Origin: Escherichia phage mEp044 | Sequence record: PP180004 | Direction: 5' to 3' (one strand) | DNA length: 54,557 bases | Part shown: positions 9,188 to 17,182 of the stretch, piece after piece | How the letters are laid out: every line of letters begins with the position of its first letter | How positions within the stretch are numbered: the stretch's first letter is position 1 | Notes under the pieces: generated by a model | What the model was told of the DNA's origin: nothing | What the model saw: only the letters and a program-made list of their open reading frames with translations | The model's database searches: none | Made by a program: the position numbers and the translations under genes

Positions 9188-9207
9188 AAATATGGCCTCC
9201 TGATAAA

Positions 9208-9453
9208 CTAAAACATTAACTTATAAACACAGAAGAAGCCCGGCAGCTGGCTAATCAGGCCGCTTCTTTTCAGTTGATGCAGCGCAGATATAGTGTCACG
9301 TAACGAAATTTCGCACATTTCCGCGATCTCTTCTGGCGTTACTTCGCTTTTGCCGTTGCATCCGGCCTTTGTTGCCAGTGCAATTAAGATGAGTTTTTGC
9401 GCCGGATCATTGTTATTCAGGCGAATATCAAAAGCCTTGCGCACGTAATACAT
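9208..9453 (-). CDS. small HTH DNA-binding protein, first gene of the minus-strand early operon (Cro/CII position)
   Basis: ORF 9208-9495 trimmed to ATG 9453 preceded by AGGAGA; HTH similar to the initiator N-terminus. Confidence 0.55.
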   Translation of the reverse strand: MYYVRKAFDIRLNNNDPAQKLILIALATKAGCNGKSEVTPEEIAEMCEISLRDTISALHQLKRSGLISQLPGFFCVYKLMF

Positions 9454-9561
9454 ATTCTTTTCTCCTATGGTTAGAGTGAACGCGCGGGCGGGCATCCCAT
9501 TAGCATTAGATAGCAGTGACTGACCGCTGAACAGATCCCGCCGTTGCGTGATATTTGTTTT

Positions 9562-9595
9562 TCGCTTCGCAGCGACACCGGATTTTTAAAGAGCT
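9562..9595 (-). promoter_or_regulatory. candidate nutR-like site: boxA-like GCTCTTTAAAAAT plus hairpin TCGCT-GCGA-AGCGA on the minus strand
   Basis: boxA-like match and adjacent short stem-loop in the leader of the minus-strand operon. Confidence 0.4.
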
Positions 9596-9633
9596 TTAAG
9601 GTATGTGCCTTTTGTGCTTTCCCTTATCTTTTT

Positions 9634-9735
9634 CCTTGCATCATTGCAACTATGGCCTTACCTTGTCTGTAAGTTTACAGAATGGCGTTAACAGATCAAG
9701 GATTGAAAATTACATTTTGTGACTTGCATCAAAAT
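9634..9735. promoter_or_regulatory. immunity-region operator/promoter zone: repeated TTGCATCA half-sites (9636-9649 as TTGCA-N4-TGCAA; 9726-9733), palindrome CTGTAA-GT-TTACAG (9666-9679)
   Basis: repeats read in the 305-bp divergent region between the Cro-position gene and cI. Confidence 0.4.
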
Positions 9736-9758
9736 TTTTTCGGTTATAGGGTAGCGAT

Positions 9759-10406
9759 ATGAAAACAAAATGGTATGACTTAGCAAAACAACTCATGCGG
9801 GCGCAGGGCATGAGCCAGGATTCATTGGCTGATCTTATGGGGATAACCAAAGGCGGCCTTTCTCACTGGTTGAACGGTCGCCGTGAGCCGAATCTTGAAG
9901 ATATTGCGCGGATCATGCGGGCGCTTGGGCGTCGGCAGTTCACTGTCACACATGATGGAATGGTCATTGATGATTCTGTTTCTAACACGTTGCCGGGAGC
10001 GCCACCGCGTGATTTAGGCAGTTACCCGGTTGTTGACTGGAAGGATGTAGTAAACAATATGGAAGATGCAAGGCGATCAACATTACCACACGTTACGACT
10101 AGCGTTATTTGTTCAGATGATAGTTATTGGCTGGTAGCTAAAGGCGAATCAATGAACGCGCCGCAAGGGTTAAGCATCCCGGCGGGTACTATGATACTTG
10201 TTGACCCGCACGCGCCAGCTATTGACGGCAAGCTCGTTATAGCCCAACTGGAGGAAGGGCAGACGCCTACGTTTAAACAGTTGATTATTGATGGAGGCCG
10301 AAAACTTTTGCGTTCACTTAATCCGTTGTATCCGCCGATCCCTATGAATCCAGAATCAAAAATCATTGGCGTGGTTGTTGATGCGAAGATCGTAAACCTG
10401 CCATAA
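9759..10406 (+). CDS. cI: CI-type repressor (HTH plus LexA-like S24 peptidase domain)
   Basis: 215 aa; N-terminal HTH; C-terminal AKGESM ... K motifs of S24 autopeptidases. Confidence 0.9.
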   Translation: MKTKWYDLAKQLMRAQGMSQDSLADLMGITKGGLSHWLNGRREPNLEDIARIMRALGRRQFTVTHDGMVIDDSVSNTLPGAPPRDLGSYPVVDWKDVVNNMEDARRSTLPHVTTSVICSDDSYWLVAKGESMNAPQGLSIPAGTMILVDPHAPAIDGKLVIAQLEEGQTPTFKQLIIDGGRKLLRSLNPLYPPIPMNPESKIIGVVVDAKIVNLP

Positions 10407-10411
10407 ACACT

Positions 10412-10436
10412 AGCCGCCTGATGGCGGCTTTTCTTT
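10412..10436 (+). terminator. rho-independent terminator after cI
   Basis: 7-bp GC stem agccgcc/ggcggct followed by a T-run. Confidence 0.6.
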
Positions 10437-10529
10437 GCCTGAAAAACACCAAAACGTAAACAGAAAACGTGTTTTATCATTTAAATATCAATGACATATA
10501 AAATATTTTAAAAAAGTATACAAAATGGA

Positions 10530-10558
10530 TTGACTAGGTGTTTTACGGGGCGTATATT
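10530..10558 (+). promoter_or_regulatory. sigma70-like early promoter: TTGACT, 17 bp, TATATT, immediately preceded by a TATACAAAATGG motif
   Basis: near-consensus -35/-10 with 17-bp spacing. Confidence 0.55.
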
Positions 10559-10599
10559 GCGAATCAAAGGATGAAGCAAGGCAGGGAAAGAAGGTTACT

Positions 10600-10637
10600 T
10601 GCTCTTTAACAATCTGGTCAGCCGCTGGAAGTGCGGC
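10600..10637 (+). promoter_or_regulatory. candidate nutL-like site: boxA TGCTCTTTAACAA (10600-10612) plus boxB-like hairpin GCCGC-TGGAAGT-GCGGC (10621-10637)
   Basis: boxA matches the rrn/lambdoid boxA consensus; hairpin follows 8 nt later, upstream of the N-like gene. Confidence 0.55.
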
Positions 10638-10692
10638 AATTAACGAAGATGATTTTTATTAAGTATCATCAAGGATATAAGGAGATCAGATC

Positions 10693-10983
10693 ATGACAGT
10701 TACAATCATGTATGGCAAATGTGACAGTAAACTGAATGCCAGGGAACGCAGAAGAATAAAAAGAGAAAACGAAAGAAAATCATCACCTGCAATCAATAAA
10801 ACGGACAATGTGGATAAAGCCATTCGCTTTGCAAACGAGGAGAGATGCAAACCCAATGGCATTAAAGAACGTCGCAAAGGAGCAGTAAAATGGTATACGG
10901 AAAATGAAAGCGGCAACTACTACCACGCAACGCAACCACGCCAGTTAGGGGAAAAACCCCTTGATAAAGTCCGCTATCATTAA
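10693..10983 (+). CDS. N-like antitermination protein candidate (arginine-rich motif NARERRRIKRENERK)
   Basis: 96 aa, first gene after the early promoter and nut-like site; ARM resembles lambda/P22 N. Confidence 0.5.
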   Translation: MTVTIMYGKCDSKLNARERRRIKRENERKSSPAINKTDNVDKAIRFANEERCKPNGIKERRKGAVKWYTENESGNYYHATQPRQLGEKPLDKVRYH

Positions 10984-11013
10984 TACAAAATGTAAATAAT
11001 AGGAGGTGACATT

Positions 11014-11136
11014 ATGGTTATCGAGGCGCTTCAATTCAAACTAGCGGTAGCGGAAATGCTTCATGATGCCGAAATGTGGAGCGCCGCGAATAAAGCCTTG
11101 TATGTAGTGTTAACAGCGAAGGAGATTAAAGGGTGA
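11014..11136 (+). CDS. hypothetical 40-aa protein
   Basis: short ORF in the gap between the N-like gene and erf. Confidence 0.25.
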   Translation: MVIEALQFKLAVAEMLHDAEMWSAANKALYVVLTAKEIKG

Positions 11137-11774
11137 AAACAGAGTTACACAAAAAATTATGGACGATTCAACAAACGTTGAACGCGCCGAAAAATCAGCG
11201 TAATAATTTCGGTGGTTACAATTACAGGTCGGCGGAGGATATTTTAGAGGCGGTTAAGCCACTGCTTCAAAATATAACGCTGACTGTTAGCGATGAAATC
11301 GTCCTGATCGGCAATCGCTATTATGTGAAAGCAACTGCTACACTAAGCGACGGTGAAGATGAAATTGCGGTAACTGCTTACGCCAGGGAAGAAGAAAGCA
11401 AGAAGGGAATGGACGCAAGCCAGTTAACTGGCGCGACATCAAGTTATGCGCGTAAATACGCGTTGAACGGATTGTTCTGTATTGATGATGCGCGAGATCC
11501 TGATACTGACGCATACGCAAAGCAGACAGGCCAGCAGCCTCGCCAACAGAAAAACCCACCAAAACAACAACCACAGCAGCAGAAAGCGCCGCCAAATCCT
11601 GACGAGGTGTTAGCGCGTTTCTGTGATGCAGCAGCGAAAGCGCCTGACGCTAACAAGCTGCGCGAGATATTCGGGAAGTGCTGGAAGCTACTTCCTAAAG
11701 ATTCAGAACAGCAACAGAAAGCTAAAGATGTTTATGACATTCGCTTGAAAGAGCTTAACGGGGAGATCGGTTAA
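11133..11774 (+). CDS. erf: Erf-family single-strand annealing protein
   Basis: 213 aa; YRSAEDILEAVKPLL and TSSYARKYALNGLF motifs of Erf. Confidence 0.8.
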   Translation: MKTELHKKLWTIQQTLNAPKNQRNNFGGYNYRSAEDILEAVKPLLQNITLTVSDEIVLIGNRYYVKATATLSDGEDEIAVTAYAREEESKKGMDASQLTGATSSYARKYALNGLFCIDDARDPDTDAYAKQTGQQPRQQKNPPKQQPQQQKAPPNPDEVLARFCDAAAKAPDANKLREIFGKCWKLLPKDSEQQQKAKDVYDIRLKELNGEIG

Positions 11775-12193
11775 TGAGCTTAAATTTAATCACACTTGGC
11801 GGTAATATCGGGAATGATATGGAAGTTCGCTACACACAAAACGGGAAAGCGATTGGTAGTTTTCCGTTAGCTGTAACGAATGGCTACGGTGATAATAAAC
11901 GGACAATGTGGATAACTTGCCTGGTATTTGGCGAGCGTGCGGAAAAATTAGCGCCACATATCCGCAAGGGCGGGAAAATAGTGGTAAGCGGTCGCCTGGA
12001 CGTTCGGCAATATGACCGGAACGACGGCACGAAGGGAACTGCGGTGGAAGTGGCGGTCAATGAGTTCGAATTTTGCAGCAGGAACGATCAGCAACCACAG
12101 CAACAGCCACAGCAACAGCAACAGCAACAGCAGAATTATAGCGGTGGATATAAAGAGCCGCCAATGGATTTTGATGATTCGATCCCGTTTTAA
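11774..12193 (+). CDS. ssb: single-stranded DNA-binding protein
   Basis: 139 aa; OB-fold N-terminus, Q/P-rich linker, acidic tip DFDDSIPF. Confidence 0.85.
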   Translation: MSLNLITLGGNIGNDMEVRYTQNGKAIGSFPLAVTNGYGDNKRTMWITCLVFGERAEKLAPHIRKGGKIVVSGRLDVRQYDRNDGTKGTAVEVAVNEFEFCSRNDQQPQQQPQQQQQQQQNYSGGYKEPPMDFDDSIPF

Positions 12194-12208
12194 ATAAATA
12201 GGTTAGCG

Positions 12209-12487
12209 ATGGGCGATTATTTAAAAACGCCACCGCCGCCGCGAACAAAAGAGCAAGTATTAAAAGAAGCCCGTGATCATATCGATCATGGGCTTTTTTT
12301 ATGTGGAACGGCAGCGGAACGGATGGCAAAAAGATTTAGTGACCTGTACGCAAAACAAATATGGTTCGACAACTGGCAGGCAAGTTTTTACCCGCTGCAA
12401 AGAAAACCGGATATGCACTGGCCTGAATATGTCGATCCACGTATGCGCAAATATCGCGGTCGTATGGGCCAGGTTATTAACGATTGA
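12209..12487 (+). CDS. hypothetical protein
   Basis: 92-aa ORF. Confidence 0.4.
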   Translation: MGDYLKTPPPPRTKEQVLKEARDHIDHGLFLCGTAAERMAKRFSDLYAKQIWFDNWQASFYPLQRKPDMHWPEYVDPRMRKYRGRMGQVIND

Positions 12488-12726
12488 TGGGGTATCAAAT
12501 CATGATCGAAGAAAAAGAAGTTGATAAAGAAATGCCTGACACAGCAGATGACTATGTCACTTTTAACGGCGGCCTGTATGAGTTCGAAACGTCTGCGGGC
12601 TGGCACGATAAATGGCCTATGCCAACGCGCAAGGAATTAAGCGAACGTAAAACATTTGGCGAAGATGCCGAACGCCTGGCCAATAACAAATGGCTTGATA
12701 AGTTTATTGCGGAGGGTGGCAAATGA
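12484..12726 (+). CDS. hypothetical protein
   Basis: 80-aa ORF. Confidence 0.4.
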   Translation: MMGYQIMIEEKEVDKEMPDTADDYVTFNGGLYEFETSAGWHDKWPMPTRKELSERKTFGEDAERLANNKWLDKFIAEGGK

Positions 12727-12836
12727 ACCTTGCAAAAATTGCCGCATTGCTTGCGGCTTTGTCTATCGCTGTGCTGTATCTCAGCGTATCGCTTTATATC
12801 ACGGTAGCGATCATTAAACTCATTGCTAACATGTGA
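12723..12836 (+). CDS. 37-aa hydrophobic single-helix membrane peptide
   Basis: manual translation MNLAKIAALLAALSIAVLYLSVSLYITVAIIKLIANM. Confidence 0.35.
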   Translation: MNLAKIAALLAALSIAVLYLSVSLYITVAIIKLIANM

Positions 12837-12844
12837 GGTTAATC

Positions 12845-12967
12845 ATGAAAGTCGGTAAGGATATTGTGACGGTCGCGTTTTGCATTATTTGCTTCCTGTT
12901 TTCGGTTGTATTTTGTGGCGCACTTGCGGCGGTGATCAGCTTTATTGGTAAAGGGGTGATATTATGA
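12845..12967 (+). CDS. 40-aa hydrophobic membrane peptide
   Basis: manual translation MKVGKDIVTVAFCIICFLFSVVFCGALAAVISFIGKGVIL. Confidence 0.35.
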   Translation: MKVGKDIVTVAFCIICFLFSVVFCGALAAVISFIGKGVIL

Positions 12968-13236
12968 TTCCGTGGAATGCAAAAGCTGGTGATCTGGTTG
13001 TTTTGCCTGCATATCGTAGTGATCCTGGTCTTGTGGTGCTGAATAAAGCATGTATAGAAATTGAGCGCCCGATCCTGGTCAAATACCTGGACGGAACAAT
13101 TATAGAGCCTATTTTCTTCGACAAGATTGAGCTGAAGGCCCGTAATGTTCGCGTTAAGCCGTTCCGGGCTTATGTTGAAGACCACTGGCGGAAATTGTTC
13201 GCCGGACTGAATGGGATGTACGGCGTATGGCTATAA
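12964..13236 (+). CDS. hypothetical protein
   Basis: 90-aa ORF. Confidence 0.4.
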   Translation: MIPWNAKAGDLVVLPAYRSDPGLVVLNKACIEIERPILVKYLDGTIIEPIFFDKIELKARNVRVKPFRAYVEDHWRKLFAGLNGMYGVWL

Positions 13237-13418
13237 AATTGGTGAAAGTTAAAGATTTAAAAGGCGGCGAAAAACTCCGCGCATGGTTCGGATATGAATT
13301 TATTGCTACTGCCTTTCATTTCGGGAAAGGGGGCCAGGTAACAATTTTTGATGAAGATTACGACGAAGTTGGGCAATGGCATCTTGAGCAATATATCGAG
13401 GTGTTAAATGAAAATTAA
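13227..13418 (+). CDS. hypothetical protein
   Basis: 63-aa ORF. Confidence 0.35.
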   Translation: MAIKLVKVKDLKGGEKLRAWFGYEFIATAFHFGKGGQVTIFDEDYDEVGQWHLEQYIEVLNEN

Positions 13419-13740
13419 ATTCCATAAAGCATATGATAGCCAGACAAACAAGCTATCACTATTTATTGAGTTCGAACGCCGGATCGTGGTTGTTCCTTAT
13501 TCTCGGCGCTTTAATGATGCAGCAGGGCGGAGACAGTTCGCGTTAGATATGTTGTTACGCGGTTGCGGCCTTATGCGCCCGCTATCTGATTTAAAACGGA
13601 TGATGCCTGGATCGTTCGGTCAGATTGATGAAATTGAAGTAAGCCAGGAAGAGCTAAAACGGGCGCGTGATTTGTTCCTTTCAAGCGAAGGAAACCCGTT
13701 TAATCCAGAAACTGAAATGAAATGGCATCACCAACTATAA
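13408..13740 (+). CDS. hypothetical protein
   Basis: 110-aa ORF. Confidence 0.4.
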   Translation: MKIKFHKAYDSQTNKLSLFIEFERRIVVVPYSRRFNDAAGRRQFALDMLLRGCGLMRPLSDLKRMMPGSFGQIDEIEVSQEELKRARDLFLSSEGNPFNPETEMKWHHQL

Positions 13741-13752
13741 AGGATAAATATC

Positions 13753-14373
13753 ATGAACGACATCAAAACAGCTTATTCACTCGGAAGCGATGGCATGTTA
13801 ATCACTCGCTACGCTGAAGATGCAAGTTTTCACGAAGTTGAAACGAAGGATTATCACGAAGTATTAAAAGATATGGAATCTGGCGCGTATGACGCAGATT
13901 TGAATCTGGCTTTACAGATTGTTGATATTATGATGGACGCGTCGATCCGCGATTATGTGTCTTTGGACGCTGAAGAAAAAACTGCTATAGCTCGTTATGT
14001 CTTCTGCCTAACTTTCGTGAAACGAATGGAAGAGGAATATGGTCGCGTGCCAGTGCCGGAAGAAATTGACCCGCTGGCGTTCGGAAGCGCTGTTATTTTC
14101 CCGTTAGATGAAAATCATACTGGTAGCGTTGCGCTGTATTCTATGCGCGGCGTAATGAAAAGTATTTTTGAGGCCAAAGCGCTACAGAAGTGCATTGATG
14201 AAGGGCACAGCGAAGAAGACGTAATGGCTATCATGCCGTTGTTTTATGGAGAAATGGTTGGTAATAACATGCGTGCAAATGATTTAGGTGTGCAGGCGGC
14301 TATAACTGTTCTTAATGAAGCACGGAAAATGGCACAGCCAATGCCTGAGCCGGAAAAACGTGTACTGCATTAA
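13753..14373 (+). CDS. hypothetical protein
   Basis: 206-aa ORF. Confidence 0.5.
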   Translation: MNDIKTAYSLGSDGMLITRYAEDASFHEVETKDYHEVLKDMESGAYDADLNLALQIVDIMMDASIRDYVSLDAEEKTAIARYVFCLTFVKRMEEEYGRVPVPEEIDPLAFGSAVIFPLDENHTGSVALYSMRGVMKSIFEAKALQKCIDEGHSEEDVMAIMPLFYGEMVGNNMRANDLGVQAAITVLNEARKMAQPMPEPEKRVLH

Positions 14374-14472
14374 CATCGTGATTGCGATCACATAGATATA
14401 CATTTTGTGTTGTGATCGCGTATCCGTTTTGTAAACTGAAATCAAAAGGTTTACGGTACGGAGGAAAACAAG

Positions 14473-14691
14473 ATGCCGCGCGAATTGATGCTTTATTGCG
14501 TAGAAGGTGGCGTGGGACATGATGCCTACGTCGCAGGGAAAAGCTATCCAGCAGATGAAGTGCTTTCTAATATGCACTTCCGGGAAAATGAACACCAGGT
14601 GTCTGTATGGAAGCGATGCGTTGATGGCATTGAGTTAGTTAGCCTAGAAAGATATTTGGGTAAATTTGACTACGCATTGATCGAGGCTTAA
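14473..14691 (+). CDS. hypothetical protein
   Basis: 72-aa ORF preceded by GGAGGAAAA. Confidence 0.45.
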   Translation: MPRELMLYCVEGGVGHDAYVAGKSYPADEVLSNMHFRENEHQVSVWKRCVDGIELVSLERYLGKFDYALIEA

Positions 14692-14789
14692 CTATGGACG
14701 AAGCATTGCTATTCATGTGCATTTGCTGGGGTTTTATTGCCTTATGCCTGTTTATCAGGTGGTTTATTGAATACCACATGAGGTGAGTT

Positions 14790-14981
14790 ATGAAAAAGGT
14801 TGGCGAATACATGATACCGGATAACGCTAAATTAGCCGGGATAGGTCAACTTGGTTGTTATTACTATAACTGTGTCGGTGATATTTATCAGGTCAGTATT
14901 GTTGGTGGCGTACAGCATTTTCGTCTTATGCACTTTGAATTAAGCGAACTTAAAAAGGCGGTGTTAATGTATGAAGTTTAA
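14790..14981 (+). CDS. hypothetical protein
   Basis: 63-aa ORF. Confidence 0.35.
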   Translation: MKKVGEYMIPDNAKLAGIGQLGCYYYNCVGDIYQVSIVGGVQHFRLMHFELSELKKAVLMYEV

Positions 14982-15174
14982 ACAGTATAAAGAATGGAAG
15001 ATTCCAGAGGAAGCAAAAAAGGCAGCGCCCGGAAGGTTTTCTGGCGTTTATTTTTATATGGATGGTAAATGGTATTTCGGCAGCAGGCCGGATCACTATT
15101 ATCAAGAATTATGCAAATCTCACACATGGGACATTAAGGAGCGCGTGCAAGGCGGTGTAATAGACGAGGTTTAA
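14971..15174 (+). CDS. hypothetical protein
   Basis: 67-aa ORF. Confidence 0.35.
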   Translation: MKFKQYKEWKIPEEAKKAAPGRFSGVYFYMDGKWYFGSRPDHYYQELCKSHTWDIKERVQGGVIDEV

Positions 15175-15175
15175 A

Positions 15176-15412
15176 ATGGTTAAGAGCTTTTTTAACTGGT
15201 TGGGGGCGTGGCTTTTGGCTACGCTTTTTGTTTTCTTGGCGGCCCTGACTGTTATCGGTATTATCATGCTGGTGGCTATGTTTATTACGTGGTCGCTGCC
15301 TGAATTTAACGACATTGGGAATATTCTTTTTGCAGCCCGCGCTTTATTGGCTGTTAGCGCATTCATTGGTTTTTGCTGGACTGTGGCGCCTGATTGGGGT
15401 GATGAATGGTGA
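15176..15412 (+). CDS. small membrane protein (two predicted TM helices)
   Basis: 78 aa, hydrophobic. Confidence 0.4.
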   Translation: MVKSFFNWLGAWLLATLFVFLAALTVIGIIMLVAMFITWSLPEFNDIGNILFAARALLAVSAFIGFCWTVAPDWGDEW

Positions 15413-15650
15413 TCCTATGGCTTTGTTCAATATGTCAGAACTGCAATTTAATGCCGTAAAAGCCGCCGCCCGCGCTGCACTTTCTGCTTGCAAAGCGGAG
15501 GTAGAGAAAAACGGCTACAGCGATAAAGCTACACGGCTGATATTAGAAAAGCATTATCGCAAGGTCGCCCCACTAATCAGTATTGAGCGTTTTGTATGGT
15601 TGGTGGGGTATCTCAATAACCGATGGGGGACTGACCAGGATTATTTTTAG
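15315..15650 (+). CDS. hypothetical protein (start uncertain)
   Basis: 111-aa ORF overlapping the previous gene. Confidence 0.3.
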   Translation: MGIFFLQPALYWLLAHSLVFAGLWRLIGVMNGDPMALFNMSELQFNAVKAAARAALSACKAEVEKNGYSDKATRLILEKHYRKVAPLISIERFVWLVGYLNNRWGTDQDYF

Positions 15651-15653
15651 TGT

Positions 15654-15663
15654 GGGGGGGGGG
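15654..15663. repeat. G10 homopolymer forming the Shine-Dalgarno region of the Dam-like gene
   Basis: ten consecutive G between the upstream stop (15650) and ATG 15669. Confidence 0.8.
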
Positions 15664-15668
15664 TAATA

Positions 15669-16208
15669 ATGAAAAATGATTTCGGAGGCAGCAACACGCC
15701 GAAGGAAATAAAAGACCTGTGGCAGACGCCTAAACCAGTTTTCAGGGGAATGGACCGCGAGTTTGAATTTGTCGCTGACGTTGCGGCAAACAAGGCAAAC
15801 GCGCTAGTTCCGCGATATATAACCGAAGAAATGGACACGTTGCATTATCCGTGGGGAGCGGTGGCAATGCCTGGTGAGTATGTCTGGATGAATCCGCCAT
15901 ATTCGAATCCCGGGCCATTCGTTGATAAGGCGGCGCTAGAACATCATCGAAATCACATAGGTTGCGTAATGTTATTGCCCGCTGACGTTTCTGTTAGCTG
16001 GTTTATGAACGGCATTGAGACGGCAAACGAATGCCGATTAATCACGCGCGGTCGGCTGGCGTTTATCAATGCTGCGACAGGGAAACCAGTGAGCGGAAAC
16101 AATAAAGGGAGCTTGTTTTTGATCTGGCATCCACGATGCAGACATGAATGTATTTTTACACACATAACACGTAAAGAGCTATACGCAAGAGGTGCAGATA
16201 ATGACTAG
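15669..16208 (+). CDS. dam: phage-type DNA N6-adenine methyltransferase (Dam family)
   Basis: 179 aa; NPPYS catalytic motif and WQTP N-terminal motif. Confidence 0.8.
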   Translation: MKNDFGGSNTPKEIKDLWQTPKPVFRGMDREFEFVADVAANKANALVPRYITEEMDTLHYPWGAVAMPGEYVWMNPPYSNPGPFVDKAALEHHRNHIGCVMLLPADVSVSWFMNGIETANECRLITRGRLAFINAATGKPVSGNNKGSLFLIWHPRCRHECIFTHITRKELYARGADND

Positions 16209-16698
16209 TGCGGCAGATTTACTACGAATCGCAGCGGAAACAATTGAGCAAAGAGGTAAACAAAACGGATACGACAGAAAAGAGGAAAAATCGGCGCCAA
16301 AAATAGCCACTATATACAACGCTAAGAAGGGGGCAAATTTAACACCACTTGATGTATGGGATCTGTTGATTTGTCTCAAGGAGGCGCGATTAGAGGCCAT
16401 TTTAGTTAATGGAAGCGATCCGACAGACACACTGATAGATTTAATTAGCTACAGCGCACTGAAAGCGGAGCAAGTATTAACGGAGCGTGAGAAAGAGCAA
16501 AAGGAAAAACAGGCCGCTTTTGATCTCCCTATTGGCGGATTGGTAAAAGGTGAGGCGATAACCAGTTGTAAGGGATTGCCACCTTCTATGCTTGCCCCTC
16601 AATGTGGCTGCATTCCAACTAGTGTTGGCGTGAAGTTTAATAGGGATAATGCTATTCGTGACAAGAGGTATGACCCAAATGAAAAAGGTGGCAATTGA
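16201..16698 (+). CDS. hypothetical protein
   Basis: ORF 16192-16698, start taken at ATG 16201. Confidence 0.45.
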   Translation: MTSAADLLRIAAETIEQRGKQNGYDRKEEKSAPKIATIYNAKKGANLTPLDVWDLLICLKEARLEAILVNGSDPTDTLIDLISYSALKAEQVLTEREKEQKEKQAAFDLPIGGLVKGEAITSCKGLPPSMLAPQCGCIPTSVGVKFNRDNAIRDKRYDPNEKGGN

Positions 16699-17182
16699 CA
16701 GGTTATTGGCCTGCGTTTATGTCGCCGTTTTCGTGATCATCAACCTTATTGTTAACCATTGCGGCCCGTGGGTAATTCCGATCACCACGGTAGCCGCTGT
16801 GTGTGTCAATATGATGATCCGTGACTTCCTGTTGTATGACGGCGGCCTGAAATGGTCTGCTACAACATGCGCCGCCGCTGGCGCAATTACTGTGCTGATA
16901 AATTACGACGCCGGAATGGTGGCGATAGCGTCATTCGTTGCGGTTGTTTCCGGTGCGCTTATTTCTGGCGGCGTTTACCGGGTTTTACCTGGTGATTTCG
17001 ATTCTAAGCGCTGGCCTGCAAATATAGCGTCCGCCATTGGCGATGCGTTAATTTTCCCGACGCTATCGTTTATGGCATTTATGCCTGAAATATCAGCTAT
17101 GCAATTTATCTCAAAAATGGCAGCGGTAACGGTGATCACTATCATCATGCGCCGATATTTCACGTTTGAGGGCAGAAAATGA
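16679..17182 (+). CDS. multi-pass integral membrane protein; weak resemblance to VUT/YhhQ-type transporters
   Basis: ORF 16649-17182 trimmed to ATG 16679 preceded by AGAGGT; about 5 hydrophobic helices. Confidence 0.45.
   Translation: MKKVAIDRLLACVYVAVFVIINLIVNHCGPWVIPITTVAAVCVNMMIRDFLLYDGGLKWSATTCAAAGAITVLINYDAGMVAIASFVAVVSGALISGGVYRVLPGDFDSKRWPANIASAIGDALIFPTLSFMAFMPEISAMQFISKMAAVTVITIIMRRYFTFEGRK

Noticed and set aside
9666-9679. LexA (SOS) box at CTGTAAGTTTACAG
   Set aside because: The LexA consensus is CTGT-N8-ACAG; here the spacer is 6 nt, so it is more likely a phage operator palindrome.
10124-10480. 118-aa minus-strand ORF
   Set aside because: Lies antisense within the cI gene, which has clear homology; no independent support.
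12100-12135. CAG/CAA trinucleotide repeat as a separate element
   Set aside because: It is the in-frame poly-Q linker of SSB; noted as low complexity only.
11338-12329. Minus-strand ORFs 11338-11595, 11444-11656 and 12057-12329
   Set aside because: Antisense to erf and ssb; the translations are low-complexity products of the Q/P-rich linker repeats.
14378-14425. Inverted repeats (cgtgattgcgatcaca ... tgtgatcgcg) as a terminator
   Set aside because: No downstream T-run; more likely an operator-like element, and it is not strong enough to call.
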